A DNA stretch of 36,832 nucleotides from an uncultured Victivallales bacterium (lineage in GTDB: Bacteria; Verrucomicrobiota; Lentisphaeria; Victivallales; UBA1829), in contig CAZHPP010000001.1 in assembly GCA_964534535.1 (NCBI GenBank), forward strand, positions 1 through 36,832, in the 5' to 3' direction. Shown piece after piece: positions 25,301-31,760 of the stretch. Position 1 is the first letter of the stretch. Every line of letters begins with the position of its first letter. The notes below the pieces were generated by a model that saw nothing but the letters and a program-made list of their open reading frames with translations, made no database searches and was not told the origin of the DNA. Position numbers and translations under genes: made by a program.

Positions 25301-25713
25301 ACGTGATAGATGTCCGGCATTTTTGAATCGGGATGCGGCACGATCACGAATTCGAAGGAATCGTCCATGAAGGCTTTCATGCCGCCGCGGCCCTTCCGGG
25401 CGCGTTCGAGGATTCCGCCTTTTCCGGTTTCGCACTGGATTCCGAGATAGAGACTTTTGCCGTCGGTGCCGATCTGGAAGCGGGATTCCGGATCGAAGAA
25501 CTGCATCATGTCGAGGTTGGGCATGAGTCGGCAGAAGCCGAACATCCCGGCGGAGTTCTTCATTTCCTCTTCCGAGAATTCCCCGTCAATGCGGAATTCC
25601 TTCATCTTTGCGAGCGACGCCGAGGGCGGCTCCGTAAAAAGTTTCTCTCCCGCTGCGAATGCGGAAATTCCGGCAAGACAGAGCCCCGCCGCAGCTGCGA
25701 TCGTTCGATTCAT
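22309..25713 (-). CDS. Large secreted protein with a CBM9-like N-terminal module and an uncharacterised C-terminal region (1,134 aa; cassette 2, gene 3)
   Basis: GGAAGGA lies 6 nt upstream of the ATG. Signal peptide MNRTIAAAAGLCLAGISAFAAG. The CBM9-like block is DDSFEFVIVPHPDS...IYHVIVNNKG...AWDPVF...GRWTYEIAFPLSQFG. The conserved C-terminal blocks PYLWLGTEGRGFSV, CDNIYWDDVF, QQNLDWEDNLGT and YDFIFIKVKGN are shared with 14142-17543. Confidence 0.85.
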   Translation of the reverse strand: MNRTIAAAAGLCLAGISAFAAGEKLFTEPPSASLAKMKEFRIDGEFSEEEMKNSAGMFGFCRLMPNLDMMQFFDPESRFQIGTDGKSLYLGIQCETGKGGILERARKGRGGMKAFMDDSFEFVIVPHPDSKMPDIYHVIVNNKGSYMSEARIRGANAAWDPVFESKGVVKDGRWTYEIAFPLSQFGIADWKDGGTLGLRICRNWHSLAKEFGEWGVQSCWSQIRGAFFESDNIPRATLRENGPVVRFLSLVSEGKPDVKVSVYNPSAAPVKVKTVWFLKPDRSQSVSDESEAALAPGETKILTLPVAQLSENETASAAFRVLNPDGAVLYHRAFRWKKEKADVFEKEASEAEKLSLKYAFYAETGRLFLQLDASAVPNADSIKVLKAEVAGKTGGKVAETVLKPFRSSVSETLWQLPSLKKFTEEKNPSGEYTLTVTVGSDKLTRTFERKVFGWEGNSLGMSDRLIPPFTPVAVNGNEVSMILRTHELADTGLWKQVKADGETLFVDGGMKLVAEAGGKTYTVKGSGVKFTKKSGTAAEGSASWSVPGVISGKTDFRFEYDGMMKFNLTVNAGSKADSFRLVVPLDEKNAYLFHESADGLRFNYGGATPVKWDSSQAARTDLQTSFVPYLWLGTEGRGFSVYGENDRGWTVAEKVPAQTIRRGNGKVELVFNLFAKPVKLEQLRTITLAFQATPVKPMIKNWRKHQASWGLDGRIHPYTDYAITFYGSSLCEGGISASDDLLPRGNDLSLWKMYSQIRKTHKIPEGFLDQWLAGYPKDSPNKLETYRAEINYGLYTAMNAKPDSVTFYTNARGQRIDIPEARTFLDNWFREEFQGSRGRAPAFGASKAYSVDPTSSYRDFAMTCYKKMLETGACDNIYWDDVFLASNYDRSGSEPVYYSEDGKLQPSLGLFNLRELIRRTAVLQLELGRKPNNMVHITNAAMPPICAFAQQNLDWEDNLGTNPFQQRYTKEYIRAVSIGRQFGNLPAALGLVNGNGGKAAVEWCFRTGAGVALTHEIQWIRGGQSKGYCNVLLKFYQFGYGDDSRVKVRDYWEKDYPVTVTGGDTSSILLEKGKEAYLVVCSYCDDSSFTAGIRGMNLVSAVNGETGMPLEISGNKVNFQLKKYDFIFIKVKGN

Positions 25714-25744
25714 TTTCTATCCTTCCGTAAGTTAGTGCAGAAAT

Positions 25745-26395
25745 TCAAATTCCGGTGTCACTGTCAAGCCAGGGCGCATCCGAATCCTTGAGCATGCGCA
25801 AAGCGCTTTCCTTCGGGCTTTGGACGTGTCCGTCAATGTAAAGGACGACCCCGGTGAAGCCGTTGTGCCGCCCCTTGAACGTGGCATTGGTGCTGTCCCG
25901 CAGACAGAAATACGGGCTGACCTCGCCAGGCGTAGTGGAACCGCATTCAAAAATGTAGCCCTTGGACGAGGGATTCTTGAACTTTCCGAGTCTGGCCTTG
26001 GGAACCGGAGATGCGTCATAACATCCGGCGATCCCGTAGGCAAAGATGCCGCAGGTGACTCCGCCGCCATAATAACTGAAGGTTTCATCGGCGGTCATGG
26101 CGGGACATTTCAGAAGCTCGATCCAGAGATTTTCCGTGATGGAAAGTTTCGGTCCGTACCATTGCGCCCAGGTTTCATATCCGACCCGGTGCGGGGCGAT
26201 CAGGTCGTCATAATTTCCCGCATAGAACATGATCTGCTGGCCGACCTGCTTTTTGTTCCCGGCACATTTGATTCCCTTGGCGGCCTGTCTTGCGCTGTTC
26301 AGCGCGGGGAGCAGCATTCCGGCGAGAATCGCGATGATTGCAATTACCACCAGAAGCTCGATCAGTGTGAAAAATCTTCTCCGGAAACTCAGCAT
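25745..26395 (-). CDS. Prepilin-type N-terminal domain protein, DUF1559-like pseudopilin-like (216 aa; cassette 2, gene 2)
   Basis: The N-terminus is [40 protein letters not shown]. The C-terminal [13 protein letters not shown] is H-X10-DG, one residue longer than the canonical spacing. The gene starts 25 nt after the regulator stop. Confidence 0.85.
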   Translation of the reverse strand: MLSFRRRFFTLIELLVVIAIIAILAGMLLPALNSARQAAKGIKCAGNKKQVGQQIMFYAGNYDDLIAPHRVGYETWAQWYGPKLSITENLWIELLKCPAMTADETFSYYGGGVTCGIFAYGIAGCYDASPVPKARLGKFKNPSSKGYIFECGSTTPGEVSPYFCLRDSTNATFKGRHNGFTGVVLYIDGHVQSPKESALRMLKDSDAPWLDSDTGI

Positions 26396-26420
26396 TTTCG
26401 TACTCCTTTATTTTATATCC

Positions 26421-27503
26421 TTATGAACGGGAAATCCGGCTGTCGTCAAAACAGCGCAGAAAACGTTCTTCAAGTTTCACGAACACCTGCCGCAGCGGCA
26501 CGGAAGGATTCTGCATGGCTTCCTTCAGAAGCAGGACCGCCGCATGCGCAATCTCCTCAATGCTCATTTCCAGAATGTCGGCCGGGACCGGAAGATACAG
26601 CGGATATTCCTTGGCCGAAAGCACGACCGGATGCGGCAGATACCCGAGACCGTTCCTTTGCACCAGCGTGCTGTAAATCCCGCGTGCGACCATGTCGTCC
26701 GGAATCAGCAGAGAGTCCGGACGCTGTTTCTCCGGAATCTTCAGGAGTTTCTCCGCCGTCTGCTCTGCAACAAGAAAACTCGGCGAAGAGATCACGGAAC
26801 CATTGCCGGCCAGGTCAAGGAACAGTTTCGCGGCGGAATCCGTTTCGAAGCCTCCCGGACACAAAAACGCGGGGTGCCGGAACCCCAGCTCCGCAAGCCG
26901 CTTTGTTCCGAGCCGGGCCAGAGACTCCATCGAAACGGTCACGGAATTCATGCCCCGCTCCTGCAGAAAACCGCCGACAAGACAAAATGGAATGCCGCGG
27001 CGGTTCAGCTCGTTCATGTTCTCCGGGGAAAGCGCCATCTGAACGATAAGGCCATCGAATTCCCCGCGTTCCAGACACTGCTTCACGCCGGCATGGGCCT
27101 TGAACCCGTCCTCCAGATATGTGTTTGTGCCGACCCTGTAACGACCGGGAAACATCCGGCAGACGCACCCGTTTGCGGCAAACTCCGTCTGGATATAGAC
27201 GGAAAGGAACGAGTTGAAAGGGCTGGTTTCGCGGCGGCCGATCAGCAGCGCGGTGCGGTATCCGGCATGGCCGGGAGTCTTCGGGTCGTTCACGAAAATG
27301 CCGACCTTGTCCTTTGCGGCGAGCACGCCTTCGGACTGCAGCTGCTTCACGGCGTTGAACACCGTGGCCGCCCCGAGATTCAATGCCTTGGAAATGGCGG
27401 AACACGACGGCAGACGGTCCCCCGGCTTCAGCCGGTGATCCCAGATGTAGCGGACGATCATCCGCTGTGCAAGAATTGTCTTTTTCCCGATGCCGTCTGT
27501 CAT
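26421..27503 (-). CDS. AraR-architecture regulator: GntR-type winged HTH fused to a LacI/PBP1-like sugar-binding domain (360 aa; cassette 2, gene 1)
   Basis: The N-terminus RMIVRYIWDHRLKPGDRLPSCSAISKALNLGAATVFNAVKQLQSEGVLAAKDKVGIFV is a GntR wHTH. The C-terminal ~280 aa contain LacI-type blocks (FDGLIVQ, IPFCLVG, DSLLIPDDMVARGIY). Confidence 0.8.
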   Translation of the reverse strand: MTDGIGKKTILAQRMIVRYIWDHRLKPGDRLPSCSAISKALNLGAATVFNAVKQLQSEGVLAAKDKVGIFVNDPKTPGHAGYRTALLIGRRETSPFNSFLSVYIQTEFAANGCVCRMFPGRYRVGTNTYLEDGFKAHAGVKQCLERGEFDGLIVQMALSPENMNELNRRGIPFCLVGGFLQERGMNSVTVSMESLARLGTKRLAELGFRHPAFLCPGGFETDSAAKLFLDLAGNGSVISSPSFLVAEQTAEKLLKIPEKQRPDSLLIPDDMVARGIYSTLVQRNGLGYLPHPVVLSAKEYPLYLPVPADILEMSIEEIAHAAVLLLKEAMQNPSVPLRQVFVKLEERFLRCFDDSRISRS

Positions 27504-27518
27504 TTTTGAAAAATTCCC

Positions 27519-27542
27519 ATGTATTCAGAATTCCGAATACAT
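27519..27542. promoter_or_regulatory. 24-nt near-perfect palindrome ATGTATTCaGAATTCcGAATACAT; candidate operator of the cassette-2 regulator
   Basis: It is self-complementary except for one symmetric mismatch pair. It begins 2 nt downstream of the -10 hexamer, so it covers the predicted transcription start, and ends 16 nt before the regulator ATG (27503). Confidence 0.55.
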
Positions 27543-27544
27543 AT

Positions 27545-27573
27545 ATTATAGCACAGAAGGGAAAATTTGTCAA
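27545..27573 (-). promoter_or_regulatory. Perfect consensus sigma70 promoter for cassette 2 (TTGACA-17 nt-TATAAT)
   Basis: On the minus strand the -35 TTGACA is the complement of 27568-27573 and the -10 TATAAT is the complement of 27545-27550, with a spacer of exactly 17 nt. An A/T-rich tract (AAAAAAGATTTTT) lies upstream of the -35. Confidence 0.7.
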
Positions 27574-27672
27574 GAGGGGAAAAATCTTTTTTCCGGCCGG
27601 GGCCATTCAGGAAAGATGGACCATGCTCAGTCTGGACAGGACTGCCCAAACTCCGGTTCCGTTCGTCAGACA

Positions 27673-27699
27673 TGTCGGACAAGCCGGACTCGTCCGACA
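27673..27699 (-). terminator. Hairpin downstream of the clp operon (TGTCGGAC-11 nt-GTCCGACA)
   Basis: 8-bp perfect stem about 35 nt past the stop at 27732 (minus sense). No U-tract, so this is tentative. Confidence 0.25.
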
Positions 27700-27731
27700 A
27701 ATGACATGAGGAACGCGCCCGCAGCCGGAAA

Positions 27732-28439
27732 TCATTTTGCGGGACGCATGTAAAGCGAACCAGTCGTAACGCCGGAATCCCGGGAAAACCCGATCACCAT
27801 CATCATGGCGGGATTCTTCTTCAGGAAGATTTCTCCGGTTCCGGAAAACGAATCGCCGTGCTCGGCCGTGACCGGAGTCCAGCCGGAATCGCGCAGGGAA
27901 GCGGCCACGCTCGAAAGGCATACGGAAGCCGATTCGTTCGAACGGAACATGCCGAAGGAGGCATTGCGGGAGGGAAAATGCATCACGGTGACGGGCTGCG
28001 CCCCCGGCGGCAGCGGAAACTCGGAAGGCCAGTCGGCGCGCCCTGTCCGCCCCTCGGGCAGAATCATGGAAAACTGGATCACGGGATAGACGCCCGAAAC
28101 CTTCACGAGAAGCGTGCGGAGACGGTGTCCGTCCGGAAGTTTGCGTTCCATCACCAGAGTATCGGAATTTGCGGCGAAGCGCGCATTCCGGTAAGTCTTG
28201 AAAAGGAGTTCGGCGCATTTTTCGAACGTCATGCTGACGAGGGAAATATTCATTTCCACAGGGACGGAGTTGACGGTGATTTTTTCCGTCCAGAGCTTCG
28301 CGGGGGAAAGCAGCATGTCCTCGGAATCGGACATCCAGGCATCGCCGCCGCGGAACGGCCAGAGCGAAAACACTTCCGCGCGGACGGGAAGCAGCACGAA
28401 AAGTGCCGAAGCGATCAGAAGGGTCCGCAGAAAATTCAT
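27732..28439 (-). CDS. Secreted protein of unknown function (235 aa), translationally coupled to clpA
   Basis: ATGA overlap with the clpA stop (start 28439, stop 28436-28438). Signal peptide MNFLRTLLIASALFVLLPVRAEV. No known motif was recognised. Confidence 0.7.
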   Translation of the reverse strand: MNFLRTLLIASALFVLLPVRAEVFSLWPFRGGDAWMSDSEDMLLSPAKLWTEKITVNSVPVEMNISLVSMTFEKCAELLFKTYRNARFAANSDTLVMERKLPDGHRLRTLLVKVSGVYPVIQFSMILPEGRTGRADWPSEFPLPPGAQPVTVMHFPSRNASFGMFRSNESASVCLSSVAASLRDSGWTPVTAEHGDSFSGTGEIFLKKNPAMMMVIGFSRDSGVTTGSLYMRPAK

Positions 28440-30715
28440 TTGGCTTTTTCCTTTGAGGGAGTGATGTCGAAGGCGAGTTTCCCTTCGCGGACGGTAACGG
28501 AGGCGGTTCCTCCCTTTTTGAGCTTCCCGAAGAGGATTTCGTCGACGAGGGCGGACGTGATGGACTCGCGGACGAGCCGTTCCAGCGGGCGGGCGCCGAG
28601 CTTGGAATCGAATCCGTGGTCCGCGAGCCAGGTCTTGGCCGCGGAGTCGCAGACAAGCGTGATGTTCTTCGCCGCGAGCGCGCCGGAGGAACGCTCCAGG
28701 AACTTGTCCACGATTCCGGGAATGGCCGTCTTCGGCAGGGGATTGAACGTGACGATGCCGTCGAGCCGGTTGCGGAATTCCGGACGGAACTGTTTCCTGA
28801 GGGCGGAATCGACGCGGGAGACCGTGTCGTCGGCCGGGACGAGCCCGATGGCGTGTTCGGAAAGGGACTGCGCGCCGACGTTGGACGTCATGATGATGTA
28901 GACGTTGCGGAAATCGGCCTTGCGCCCCGAGTTGTCCGTGAGGGCGCCGTAGTCCATGATCTGCAGAAGGAGGTCGTAGATTTTCGGATGGGCCTTTTCG
29001 ATCTCGTCGAGCAGGAGCACGCAGTGCGGCTTGCGGAGGACCTGCTCCGTGAGAAGTCCGCCCTGTTCGAACCCGACGTAGCCGGGTGCGGAGCCGATGA
29101 ACTTGGAAACGGAATATTCCTCCGCATATTCGCTCATGTCGAAGCGGACGAGGTCGATTCCGAGGGCGGAGGCGAGCTGGCGGGCGAGTTCGGTCTTGCC
29201 GACTCCCGTAGGCCCGGCGAAGAGGAAGGAGGCGCAGGGCTTTTCCTGATTGGCGAGTCCCGCGCGGGAAAGCTTCACGGCTTTCACGACCGCGTCGACG
29301 GCGGAATCCTGGCTCAGAATGTTTTTGCGGAGCACGGATTCGAGCGCCTTCAGACGGGTGGAATCGTCGCCGGAAATCTGGACGTCCGGAATTCCGAAGA
29401 TTTCGGAGGCCAGGCGTTCGACGGCCCTGGAATCGATGGCTTTTGCGGGCGATCTTGCAAGGGAGTTCGCGGCGCCGGCCTCGTCGATGAGGTCGATCGC
29501 CTTGTCCGGAAGATAACGGTCGAAGATATGCTTGTCGGCGAGTTCCACGGCGCGGACGAGGGCGGAATCATCGAACTTCACGCCGAAATGGGTTTCATAG
29601 AGCGGACGGATTCCGCGGAGGATTTCCACGGTGTCCTCCGGCGTGGCGGCGGGGACGTCGATCTTCTGGAAGCGGCGGGAGAACGCTCGGTCGCGGAGAA
29701 TGTTGTTCTTGTATTCCTCGTAAGTGGTGGCGCCGATGCAGCGGATTCTGCCGGAATTCAGTGCGGGCTTGAGGATGTTGGAGGCGTCGAGCGAACCGGT
29801 TCCGGTGGAACCCGCGCCGACGACGGTGTGAAGTTCGTCGATGAAGAGCACGGCTCCCGGTTTGGCCTCGAGTTCGGAAATGACCTGCTTAAGGCGCTCC
29901 TCGAACTGGCCGCGGAACTTGGTGCCCGCGGTGAGGGCGCCCATGTCGAGGGCGAAGATTTCCATGTTCTTGAACTGCGGCGGCAGCTCTCCGGCGGCGG
30001 CGAGGCAGGCAAGGCCCTCCACGATGGCGGTTTTGCCGACTCCCGGTTCGCCGACGAGCACGGGATTGTTCTTTTTCCTGCGGGAAAGGGTCCGGAGCAT
30101 GGAATTGAGCTCGTGCTTCCGTCCGATCAGACGGTCGAGCTTTCCGGCCCGGGCGAGTTCCGTAAGACAGGAAGCGTAAAGTTCGAGTGCGGCCTTTTTC
30201 TTCGCGGGCTTTTCTCCGGAAGGAGCGGAGCCTTCGTCATCGTCGGAATCGACTCCGCCGGGATCGTCGGATGGGTGTTCCATGTCCGTGACGATTTCGC
30301 GGGCGGTTTCCAGGCTGATTCCGGCGGCTTCGAGGAGCTTTACGGCATAGGCCTGGCGCTCGGAAAAGAGGGCGATGAAAATGTCGGAGAGGGAAAGCCG
30401 GTCGCGTCCGGAAGTGGCGACCTTGATTGTGGCTCCGGTGAAGATGCGGTTGACGGCAAGGGAGAAGGAAGGAGTCCCGACCTTGACCTTTTCGACTTTT
30501 CTGCTGAAGAAGGATTTGAGTTTATCCTGGAGTTCTGCGGGATCGGCGCCGGCGGCCTCGACGATGGCCCGGAACCCGGAATAGTTCAGTCCGTAGTCGA
30601 GCAGATGTTCGGGCAGAATGTATTCGTGTTGGAGTTCGAGCACATATTTGGGAAGGCCGGTGAGATACTCGGCGCATTCGGGATCAAGCTGGATTTTCTT
30701 TTCCGGGTCGGCCAT
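28436..30715 (-). CDS. clpA: ATP-dependent Clp protease ATP-binding subunit ClpA (759 aa)
   Basis: Two AAA+ modules: Walker A1 is VGEPGVGKTAIVEGLA and Walker A2 is FAGPTGVGKTELARQLA. It has a Clp N-domain and no ClpB-type long middle domain. It lies immediately downstream of clpS. Confidence 0.92.
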   Translation of the reverse strand: MADPEKKIQLDPECAEYLTGLPKYVLELQHEYILPEHLLDYGLNYSGFRAIVEAAGADPAELQDKLKSFFSRKVEKVKVGTPSFSLAVNRIFTGATIKVATSGRDRLSLSDIFIALFSERQAYAVKLLEAAGISLETAREIVTDMEHPSDDPGGVDSDDDEGSAPSGEKPAKKKAALELYASCLTELARAGKLDRLIGRKHELNSMLRTLSRRKKNNPVLVGEPGVGKTAIVEGLACLAAAGELPPQFKNMEIFALDMGALTAGTKFRGQFEERLKQVISELEAKPGAVLFIDELHTVVGAGSTGTGSLDASNILKPALNSGRIRCIGATTYEEYKNNILRDRAFSRRFQKIDVPAATPEDTVEILRGIRPLYETHFGVKFDDSALVRAVELADKHIFDRYLPDKAIDLIDEAGAANSLARSPAKAIDSRAVERLASEIFGIPDVQISGDDSTRLKALESVLRKNILSQDSAVDAVVKAVKLSRAGLANQEKPCASFLFAGPTGVGKTELARQLASALGIDLVRFDMSEYAEEYSVSKFIGSAPGYVGFEQGGLLTEQVLRKPHCVLLLDEIEKAHPKIYDLLLQIMDYGALTDNSGRKADFRNVYIIMTSNVGAQSLSEHAIGLVPADDTVSRVDSALRKQFRPEFRNRLDGIVTFNPLPKTAIPGIVDKFLERSSGALAAKNITLVCDSAAKTWLADHGFDSKLGARPLERLVRESITSALVDEILFGKLKKGGTASVTVREGKLAFDITPSKEKAK

Positions 30716-30718
30716 GGG

Positions 30719-31027
30719 TCATGCCTCCTCAAGTTTGCAGCGGAGCGGGTATTTGGAAGCCTTGGCGAGAGTCCGCACGCTGTCGACCTTGGTTTCGGCG
30801 GTCTCCTTTGTATAGACGCCGCAGACGGCCTGTCCCTGATGATGGACGGCCAGCATCAGTTCCGTGGCTTCGGACTTTTCCTTGTGGAACACGAGGATGA
30901 GGATGTTCACGACGAATTCCATGGGGGTATAGTCGTCGTTGAGGAGAATCACCTTGTACATCGGCGGCTCCTCGACTTCGAGTTCGGAGCATGTTTCCGA
31001 ATCTTCCCTGCTGCGTTCCTGAGGCAT
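30719..31027 (-). CDS. clpS: ATP-dependent Clp protease adaptor ClpS (102 aa)
   Basis: YKVILLNDDYTPMEFVVNILILVFHK...ATELMLAVHHQGQAVCGVYTKETAETK is the canonical ClpS core. AGGAG (complement of 31037-31041) is 9 nt from the ATG at 31027 but only 3 nt from the upstream ATG at 31033, so 31027 is preferred. Confidence 0.9.
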   Translation of the reverse strand: MPQERSREDSETCSELEVEEPPMYKVILLNDDYTPMEFVVNILILVFHKEKSEATELMLAVHHQGQAVCGVYTKETAETKVDSVRTLAKASKYPLRCKLEEA

Positions 31028-31176
31028 GGCCATTCACTCCTGTTGTTCCGGATCAATACAGTAGCGCGGAAATGCGAAAAATCAAGTTTTCGGAGAGGGG
31101 GTTGCTTTTTGTCGTTTGCCGGGATATATTGACCGGAACCGGAGGAGCCCCCGCAAAGCCGGGAGCGGATCAACTT

Positions 31177-31752
31177 ATGGACCTGCTTGAGATTTCCCAG
31201 AAAATACGATCGGTGCGTCAGGCGCAGAACATGACGCTGGAACAGCTGGCCGCGAAGAGCGGATTCAGCAAGGGATTCATCTCCCAGGTGGAGAATTTCC
31301 GCCTGACTCCATCGCTGAAGGCGCTGGACCGGATCAGTGCGGCGCTCGGAACCGACCTTTCGGGACTCTTCGCCCACGGCGGCCCGGAACCGGAGTTTTC
31401 CTTCGGGACGCTCGATTCCGGGGAAGAGCTTCTGCGGGACGACAATCTCCGGTACGGCATGCGGTATCTGGCTCTGGCCTATCCGCAGATCGGCCGGATC
31501 ATGGATCCGTTTCTGGTGGAATACACGCCTTCAAAGGAAGAGCGCGAATTCAAGCTTCACGATTCGGAGGAGTTCTTCGTGCTTCTGGAAGGCAAAATCG
31601 AATATCTCATTCTGAACGATGCGGGAAAGCATTCCATGAAGGCCGGCGACACCGTGTACCTGAAGGCGAACCTTCCGCACCGGGTGCGTCTGCAGGCCGG
31701 ATGCACGCATGCAAAGGCGCTGATCGTTTATTCTTCCGCGCGGAACGGCTGA
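31177..31752 (+). CDS. XRE-family HTH regulator with a C-terminal cupin domain (191 aa)
   Basis: The HTH is MTLEQLAAKSGFSKGFISQVENFRLTPSLKALDRISAALG. The cupin is HDSEEFFVLLEGKIEYL...GDTVYLKANLPHRV. ATG at 31177; the ORF-track start at 30991 overlaps clpS and has non-coding-like composition. Confidence 0.8.
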   Translation: MDLLEISQKIRSVRQAQNMTLEQLAAKSGFSKGFISQVENFRLTPSLKALDRISAALGTDLSGLFAHGGPEPEFSFGTLDSGEELLRDDNLRYGMRYLALAYPQIGRIMDPFLVEYTPSKEEREFKLHDSEEFFVLLEGKIEYLILNDAGKHSMKAGDTVYLKANLPHRVRLQAGCTHAKALIVYSSARNG

Positions 31753-31760
31753 ACGCAGCT

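Noticed and set aside
26815-28656. Minus-strand alternative-frame ORFs 26815-27606 (263 aa) and 27607-28656 (349 aa)
   Set aside because: They are out-of-frame overlaps of the cassette-2 regulator, the secreted protein and clpA. The composition is extremely Arg/Pro/Ser-rich, and one of them runs straight through the promoter/operator region.
28616-31132. 838-aa plus-strand ORF
   Set aside because: It is antisense to clpA and clpS, whose Walker motifs and ClpS core are unambiguous. It is a Gly/Glu/Asp/Arg-rich shadow frame.
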